Shown piece by piece: positions 58,849 to 64,000 of a stretch of 64,000 nt of DNA. The stretch is from a bacterium (GTDB lineage: Bacteria > UBA10199 > 2-02-FULL-50-16 > JAJFLM01). Each line of letters starts with the position of its first letter. The first letter of the stretch is position 1. Location of the stretch: positions 896,001 to 960,000 of the forward strand of contig CBDCFN010000016.1 of NCBI GenBank assembly GCA_965216315.1, in the 5' to 3' direction. Both the position numbers and the translations under genes were made by a program. Under the pieces are notes generated by a model. It was not told the origin of the DNA. It did no database searches and saw only the letters and a list, made by a program, of their open reading frames with translations.

Positions 58849-59486
58849 GGGTAGACGTGAATACGGAGCAGGAAGAAGCGAAGGCAAAAAAAACCGAGAT
58901 AGAAGAAAAGCCCCTAAAGAAACTAAGTCGTGACGAGATTAACGAGTTGCCTCTGGGCCGCTACGAAGGGGACATACAACTTATTAACTCTGATGCAGAT
59001 TTGAAGTCAGCGCTAGCAAGCATACGGAGTGAATCGCTGTTGGGGTTTGATACGGAAACGCGCCCGGTTTTCAAGAAAGGACAGTCCTATCCGCCGGCAC
59101 TGTTGCAATTGGCAACGAGTGACTGCGTCTTTATTTTTCAGCTGAAAAAATTGGGTTATCCGAATGCGTTGATCGATATTTTGTCCTCGGCCGAGCATAT
59201 GAAGAGCGGCGTGGCGTTGGATTTCGATGTGAAGGAACTACAAAAGGTCATGACTTTTGAACCCTCCGGTTTTATTGAGCTCAGCCACTTAGCCAAGGAA
59301 AAGGGGATTGGCAACAATGGTCTTCGCGGGCTCACGGCGTACCTGCTGGGTTTTCGTATTTCAAAGCGAGTAAAGACATCAAATTGGGATCGGGAGGAGC
59401 TAAGTGAGTCGCAGATCATTTATGCGGCAACAGATGCATGGGTGAGCCGTGAGATTTATTTAAAACTCTTGCAAATCGATCCGTGA
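58845..59486 (+). CDS. Stand-alone 3'-5' exonuclease (DEDDy, WRN-like)
   Basis: GFDTETRP, LLQLAT, SNWD...QIIYAATDAW. Confidence 0.92.
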   Translation: MRVDVNTEQEEAKAKKTEIEEKPLKKLSRDEINELPLGRYEGDIQLINSDADLKSALASIRSESLLGFDTETRPVFKKGQSYPPALLQLATSDCVFIFQLKKLGYPNALIDILSSAEHMKSGVALDFDVKELQKVMTFEPSGFIELSHLAKEKGIGNNGLRGLTAYLLGFRISKRVKTSNWDREELSESQIIYAATDAWVSREIYLKLLQIDP

Positions 59487-59490
59487 CCTA

Positions 59491-60507
59491 TCACGGAGTT
59501 AGTAACACCTTCCCAAAATTTTTGTGATCCTGGATGTACTGGTGCGCGGCAGCGGCCTGATCGAAGGGAAATGTCTTGTCGACGATCGGGTCAAAGGTTT
59601 TTGTTGCGGCGAGATCGATGATTTCTCGCAGTGTTTCACCGAGGAGGGTGCGGTGCTCCCATAGATGACCGAGGTTGACGCCAAAGACACCTTTATTCTC
59701 ATTCATCAGTGAGATCGGCTTAAAAGTTGGCATCGAGAGTAAGCCTTTAATTGCGGAGGTGAGACTTCTTTTGTTGCCTGTACTAAAGCTGGAAACTCCA
59801 AACATAAAAAGCCGGCCCAAAGGTGCGAGACTTCGGTATCCCTTGCGAAAGGAGTCGCCACCCACGGCGTCGATAATAATATCGACGCCTCGTCCCGCTG
59901 TGATGCGTTTGATTTCCGCTTCAAAGTCCTGTGTGTGGTAGTCAATGCAGTGAGTGACGCCTAATTTTTTGAGTCTTTCATGTTTTCCGGCACTAGCAGT
60001 GCCAAACACTTCGGCATGGCGCCACTTGCACATTTGTAGGGCCGCCTGGCCAACACCTCCTGCGACGGCATGGATCAGGACCTTGTCGCCAGCTCTTACA
60101 TTGCCAAGATGGAGGAGCATTATCCAAGCTGTCAGGTAGTTGACGGGAATAGCGGCGGCTTGCTCAGCGGAAAGATCTTGAGGTAAAGGGAGGACGCTCG
60201 CTTCAGGGACGCAGACGACATCGCTATAGCCGCCAAATCGCGTCAGGGCGACAACGCGATCGCCTTCTTTGAATTCAGTAACGTTCGTGCCGATTTGGTC
60301 GATGATGCCGGCGACTTCGTAGCCGACGACAGCGGGGAGTTTAGGGGCATCAGGATAGAGGCCCATGCGCGCGAGGATGTCCGCGAAGTTGATGCCCGCC
60401 GCATCGACGCGAATGCGGACCTCACCCATTTTTGCCTCAGGATCCGGGGCCTCGCGAATTTCGAGGACTTCCGGCTTGCCAATTTTAGGGATCCAGACTT
60501 GCCTCAC
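59491..60507 (-). CDS. MDR-family NADPH:quinone oxidoreductase (VAT-1-like)
   Basis: GINFADILARMGLY, PVNYLTAW, HAVAGGVG, KNFGKVLL. Confidence 0.9.
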   Translation of the reverse strand: MRQVWIPKIGKPEVLEIREAPDPEAKMGEVRIRVDAAGINFADILARMGLYPDAPKLPAVVGYEVAGIIDQIGTNVTEFKEGDRVVALTRFGGYSDVVCVPEASVLPLPQDLSAEQAAAIPVNYLTAWIMLLHLGNVRAGDKVLIHAVAGGVGQAALQMCKWRHAEVFGTASAGKHERLKKLGVTHCIDYHTQDFEAEIKRITAGRGVDIIIDAVGGDSFRKGYRSLAPLGRLFMFGVSSFSTGNKRSLTSAIKGLLSMPTFKPISLMNENKGVFGVNLGHLWEHRTLLGETLREIIDLAATKTFDPIVDKTFPFDQAAAAHQYIQDHKNFGKVLLTP

Positions 60508-62738
60508 TTCGTCTTGTAATCAAACGCAAGCTTGTCTTTTTTGCAACGAATAATCACGTCACCTCCGTCACCGAGTTGTCCAAAGAGGATCTCGCTGGAG
60601 AGGGCATGTGAGATCTCGGTCTCGATAAGCCGACGGATGGGGCGCGCACCGAATTGAGGGTCGAAACCTTTTTTGGCAATATAGGCCCGCGCACTGGGAT
60701 CAAGTGTCAGCGTAATTCCTTTGGCTTTTAAGCGATCCTCAAGTTCCGCCACCATTTTCTCGACAATTTGCTCGATCACTTCCGTCGGGAGCGAGTCAAA
60801 CTGGACAATCCCGGTGAGTCGGTTGCGAAATTCAGGGGTAAAGGCCTTTTCAATGGCCTTCTTGCTCTTGTCTTCGTATTCGGCCTTGCCAAAGCCAACG
60901 GTTCTCGTGCTGCTTTCCCGCGCGCCAATGTTGGTCGTCATGATGAGTATGACCTGACGAAAATCCGATTTGCGACCGTTATTGTCAGTTAAAGTTGCGT
61001 AATCCATAATCTGTAGCAGGATATTAAAAAGATCTTCATGCGCTTTTTCAATTTCGTCTAAGAGGAGGACCGTATGAGGGTTGCGATGGATGGCGTCGGT
61101 TAAGAGTCCCCCTTGGTCAAAGCCGACATAACCGGGCGGTGCGCCAATGAGACGTGAGACCGTGTGCTTCTCCATATACTCACTCATGTCAAAACGCGTG
61201 AATTCGACTCCCATGACTTCTGCAAGCTGACGGGCGAGTTCGGTTTTTCCTACGCCGGTTGGTCCTGCAAAGAGAAAAGACCCAATGGGTTTTTGGGGTT
61301 CACCCAGGCCGGCACGCGCCAGACGAATGGATTTAGTGATTTGATCGATGGCGTCATCTTGTCCGTAAATAAGTAACTTGAGGTCACGGTCCAGGTGCTC
61401 CAATTTAGCTTTGTCATCAACTTTGACCGTTTGGGTTGGTACCTTCGCAATGCGCGAGACGACGTCTTCGATATCTTTAGGGCTGACGCGTGGGTTTTCT
61501 TTTTTGCTCTTCAGTTTGACGTTCGCTCCGGCTTCATCCATCACATCGATGGCCTTATCCGGGAGAAAACGGTCATTGATGTATTTAGCCGATAGTTCAA
61601 CGGCTGCTTTCAGGGTGGCAGGACTGTAACGGACTCCATGAAACTCTTCATAGTATTGCTTGATGCCCTTAAGAATTTTAATCGACTCGTCTATTGACGG
61701 TTCATCGATTTCGACTTTTTGAAAACGACGCGAGAGCCCATGATCTTTTTCGATGAGATTTCGATACTCTTTGTAAGTTGTGCTGCCGATGCAATTAATT
61801 TCACCATTGGCCAGGGCCGGCTTAAGCAGGTTCGATGCATCCAGGCTTCCCCCGGATACAGCGCCAGCACCAATTATCGTGTGAAGTTCATCGATAAATA
61901 GAATATTGTTTTCATCTTGCTTGATAGTTTGAATGACGGCCTTGAGACGCTCTTCAAATTCACCGCGAAACTTGGTGCCGGCCAGCAATGAGGCCATATC
62001 GAGAGAATAGATCTGGGCCTTTTGTAAGTGATCAGGGACTTTCTTATTAACGATATTGAGTGCGAGTCCTTCAACGAGGGCGGTCTTGCCGACCCCGGCA
62101 TCCCCGACAAAGATGGGATTGTTTTTGCGACGCCTTGCGAGGATATGAACGGTGCGATCCAGTTCTTGTTCTCGCCCAATAAGCGGATCAATTTTGCCAA
62201 GGCGCGCCTTCTCATTGAGGTTGATGCAGAATTGTTCCAAGGGGCTCTTGGGCTGCGGGGTCCCTTCACTCGATTCGGCTTCGGGAAGGGGAATAGAGGT
62301 CTGCGGGTGAACTTTGGAGATATGGTGTGAGATATAACGTATCAGGTCATAGCGGCGGATATTGTGTTTGGAGAGAAAATAAACCGCATTCGATTGGGCT
62401 TCACGAAAGAGAGCGACGAGTACGTTGCCGCCATCAAGTTCTTTTTTTCCTGAGGATTGCACCTGAGCTGCCGCCAATTGAAGTACAAGCTGCACGCCCA
62501 CGGAATAAGGAGTTTCTTCCTGTTGCTCTGGAAGCGCTTCTAAGTGATTTTCAAAAAAACCTTCAAGATCATGTCTTAGGTCATCGAGGCGCGCGCCGCA
62601 ATGATAGAGGATATCAGAGGCGACTTGGTCATGGGTCAGCGCATAAAGCAGATGCTCGAGGGTGACATACTCATGTTTTCTGTTGCGAGCTTCTTCCTGA
62701 GCGCGTTGTAATGTTTTTTCGAGGCCTTCGGTGATCAG
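60504..62738 (-). CDS. clpA: ATP-dependent Clp protease ATP-binding subunit ClpA (744 aa, CTG start)
   Basis: Two AAA modules ([28 protein letters not shown]). The N-domain [13 protein letters not shown] lies in frame upstream of the ORF-track start. Confidence 0.95.
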   Translation of the reverse strand: MITEGLEKTLQRAQEEARNRKHEYVTLEHLLYALTHDQVASDILYHCGARLDDLRHDLEGFFENHLEALPEQQEETPYSVGVQLVLQLAAAQVQSSGKKELDGGNVLVALFREAQSNAVYFLSKHNIRRYDLIRYISHHISKVHPQTSIPLPEAESSEGTPQPKSPLEQFCINLNEKARLGKIDPLIGREQELDRTVHILARRRKNNPIFVGDAGVGKTALVEGLALNIVNKKVPDHLQKAQIYSLDMASLLAGTKFRGEFEERLKAVIQTIKQDENNILFIDELHTIIGAGAVSGGSLDASNLLKPALANGEINCIGSTTYKEYRNLIEKDHGLSRRFQKVEIDEPSIDESIKILKGIKQYYEEFHGVRYSPATLKAAVELSAKYINDRFLPDKAIDVMDEAGANVKLKSKKENPRVSPKDIEDVVSRIAKVPTQTVKVDDKAKLEHLDRDLKLLIYGQDDAIDQITKSIRLARAGLGEPQKPIGSFLFAGPTGVGKTELARQLAEVMGVEFTRFDMSEYMEKHTVSRLIGAPPGYVGFDQGGLLTDAIHRNPHTVLLLDEIEKAHEDLFNILLQIMDYATLTDNNGRKSDFRQVILIMTTNIGARESSTRTVGFGKAEYEDKSKKAIEKAFTPEFRNRLTGIVQFDSLPTEVIEQIVEKMVAELEDRLKAKGITLTLDPSARAYIAKKGFDPQFGARPIRRLIETEISHALSSEILFGQLGDGGDVIIRCKKDKLAFDYKTK

Positions 62739-63085
62739 TTTTTATCTCCTTTGTCTTCTTCCATGATGCATTCCAACGGGTGCTCATGTTTTTTGGCGAG
62801 ACCTTTGACGTGAAAAATTTTAGTACGCGCGACATCATAGGGATAAATACCACATATCGCGCTTCCTTGTTTGTGAACTTGAAGCATGAGGGCGACGCTT
62901 TCTTCTTTTGATTTATGAAAGACGCTCTCTAAAAGCCAGACGACAAAATCCATGGGGGTATAATCATCGTTTAAGAGAATAATGCGATACATCGGCGGCG
63001 GGCGGACATCGACGCGCTCCTCCGTCAGTATCTGGGCATCACCCTCGGAACGGTCGTCTCCAGGGTTCCAATCGTCACCCGCCAT
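62735..63085 (-). CDS. clpS: Clp protease adaptor ClpS
   Basis: YRIILLNDDYTPMDFVV, MLQVHKQG, HPLECIME. Confidence 0.96.
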   Translation of the reverse strand: MAGDDWNPGDDRSEGDAQILTEERVDVRPPPMYRIILLNDDYTPMDFVVWLLESVFHKSKEESVALMLQVHKQGSAICGIYPYDVARTKIFHVKGLAKKHEHPLECIMEEDKGDKN

Positions 63086-63179
63086 GGCGGTAATCTTCAT
63101 GAAATCCATAAAATTATTCGCAACTTCCTTCTCTAACTACCTAAAATAATTCATAATACACAATTTTTCACGTCAAAAA

Positions 63180-63818
63180 TCATTCACGGAGTGTTTCCCG
63201 TAATTTATGCATGAAATCAGCTCGATCAAGCTCTTTGGCCCCCAAACTGGCGAGCAGCGGCGTGAGTAGCTGGACGTCCATCCACGTGCTGCCTTGAGTT
63301 TTCAACTGTTCGACGGTCTTAATAAAGGCATATTTAGAGGCATGGCTTACGGTATGAAACATGCTTTCTCCGCAGAACATTTTGCCCATTTTGACGCCAT
63401 AAAGACCACCGACAAGGTGATCGGATGAGTCTAGGACTTCGAAGCTGTGTGCAAAGCCTGCCTTATGAAAGGCGAGGTAGGCCGTGATAATTTCTTCCGT
63501 AATCCAGGTGCCCGGCTGGCCTTTTCTGGGTGTCATTGCGCATGCTTGGATGACTTCCAGAAAACGTGTGTTGGTTCGAAATTGGAAATGAGTCTTTTTA
63601 AAGTAACGGAGCAGCCGTTTCGTAACCTTTAAGTCATCGAATTCCAGTATGGCTCGCTTGGGTGGGGCAAACCAGAGCAAGGGGTAGCCTTGGTGGGGCC
63701 ATGGGAAAATGCCGTTGCGGTAAGCGAGTTCAAGTGTCGGGACCTCGAGGTCGCCGCCAATGGCGACGATTCCGTTCGAGTCTGCGGTTTCGACGGGAGG
63801 AAAGGCACTTACGACCAT
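63180..63818 (-). CDS. aat: Leucyl/phenylalanyl-tRNA--protein transferase
   Basis: AIGGDL, AYRNGIFPW, GTWIT, AHSFE, LVGGLYG, GESMF, ASK; start ATG 63818. Confidence 0.96.
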   Translation of the reverse strand: MVVSAFPPVETADSNGIVAIGGDLEVPTLELAYRNGIFPWPHQGYPLLWFAPPKRAILEFDDLKVTKRLLRYFKKTHFQFRTNTRFLEVIQACAMTPRKGQPGTWITEEIITAYLAFHKAGFAHSFEVLDSSDHLVGGLYGVKMGKMFCGESMFHTVSHASKYAFIKTVEQLKTQGSTWMDVQLLTPLLASLGAKELDRADFMHKLRETLRE

Positions 63819-63825
63819 GACCCTA

Positions 63826-63999
63826 TTAAGCCTGACAGAGGGCATTCCGGTCAATCATCGGGTTGCTCTTGACTCTTAGAGCGTTTCGCGTCACCCTTTC
63901 GGCTATGCGTAGCAATAGGAAACTTATACCGTTAGCCATCTGTGTCATGACTTCGTTTGTTTTCTTTTCGTCGACAAGTGGGTTGGCTGAATATGAAGA
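63826..63999 (-). CDS. 3' end of an unidentified gene entering from the right edge
   Basis: Open frame ...NPLVDEKKTNEVMTQMANG...NALCQA* stops 7 nt before the aat start. Confidence 0.4.
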   Translation of the reverse strand, partial: SSYSANPLVDEKKTNEVMTQMANGISFLLLRIAERVTRNALRVKSNPMIDRNALCQA

Positions 64000-64000
64000 G

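Noticed and set aside
60504..62501. clpA as an N-terminally truncated gene or pseudogene
   Set aside because: The N-domain is present in frame up to CTG 62738, which has a strong SD.
1..64000. CRISPR array, tRNA/rRNA, integrase, transposase or prophage
   Set aside because: No regularly spaced repeats, cloverleaf/rRNA signatures or mobility proteins were recognised by eye. A covariance-model scan was not possible.

Overview
A 64-kb chromosomal segment from a bacterium. It looks deltaproteobacteria-like, plausibly UBA10199/Bdellovibrionota-type, inferred only from a TIGR02147 gene and a C-terminal GGCSLLR motif. No rRNA, tRNA, CRISPR or mobile element was seen. The core is a ~26-kb anaerobic-respiration island. 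Leftward it carries tatA, a Moco-class riboswitch and mobA-moaA-moaCB-TauE-hemerythrin-moeA-moaD-moaE. Rightward it carries one apparent operon: narC(diheme)-narGHJI-narK1(DoxX fusion)-narK2, then a complete Alternative Complex III (actABCDEF) with no terminal oxidase, then a hemerythrin. An Fnr-like regulator and a sensor-only Crp-domain paralog converge on its end, and ATGAT-N4-ATCAT boxes mark the regulon. The flanks hold feoAAB, TIGR02147 plus two paralogous lipoproteins, fatty-acid genes, a DAHP synthase, mscS, methionine-salvage genes and aat-clpS-clpA. The most unusual observations are: (1) a secreted protein that appears to be the N-terminal domain of the Nitrosopumilus-type archaeal S-layer protein on an acidic stalk ending in GGCSLLR; (2) the Nar-ACIII operon; (3) four scattered orphan genes sharing a sigma28-like promoter; (4) a P3-less Moco riboswitch; (5) clpA starting at CTG. 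All family assignments come from motif recognition and memory, not database searches.
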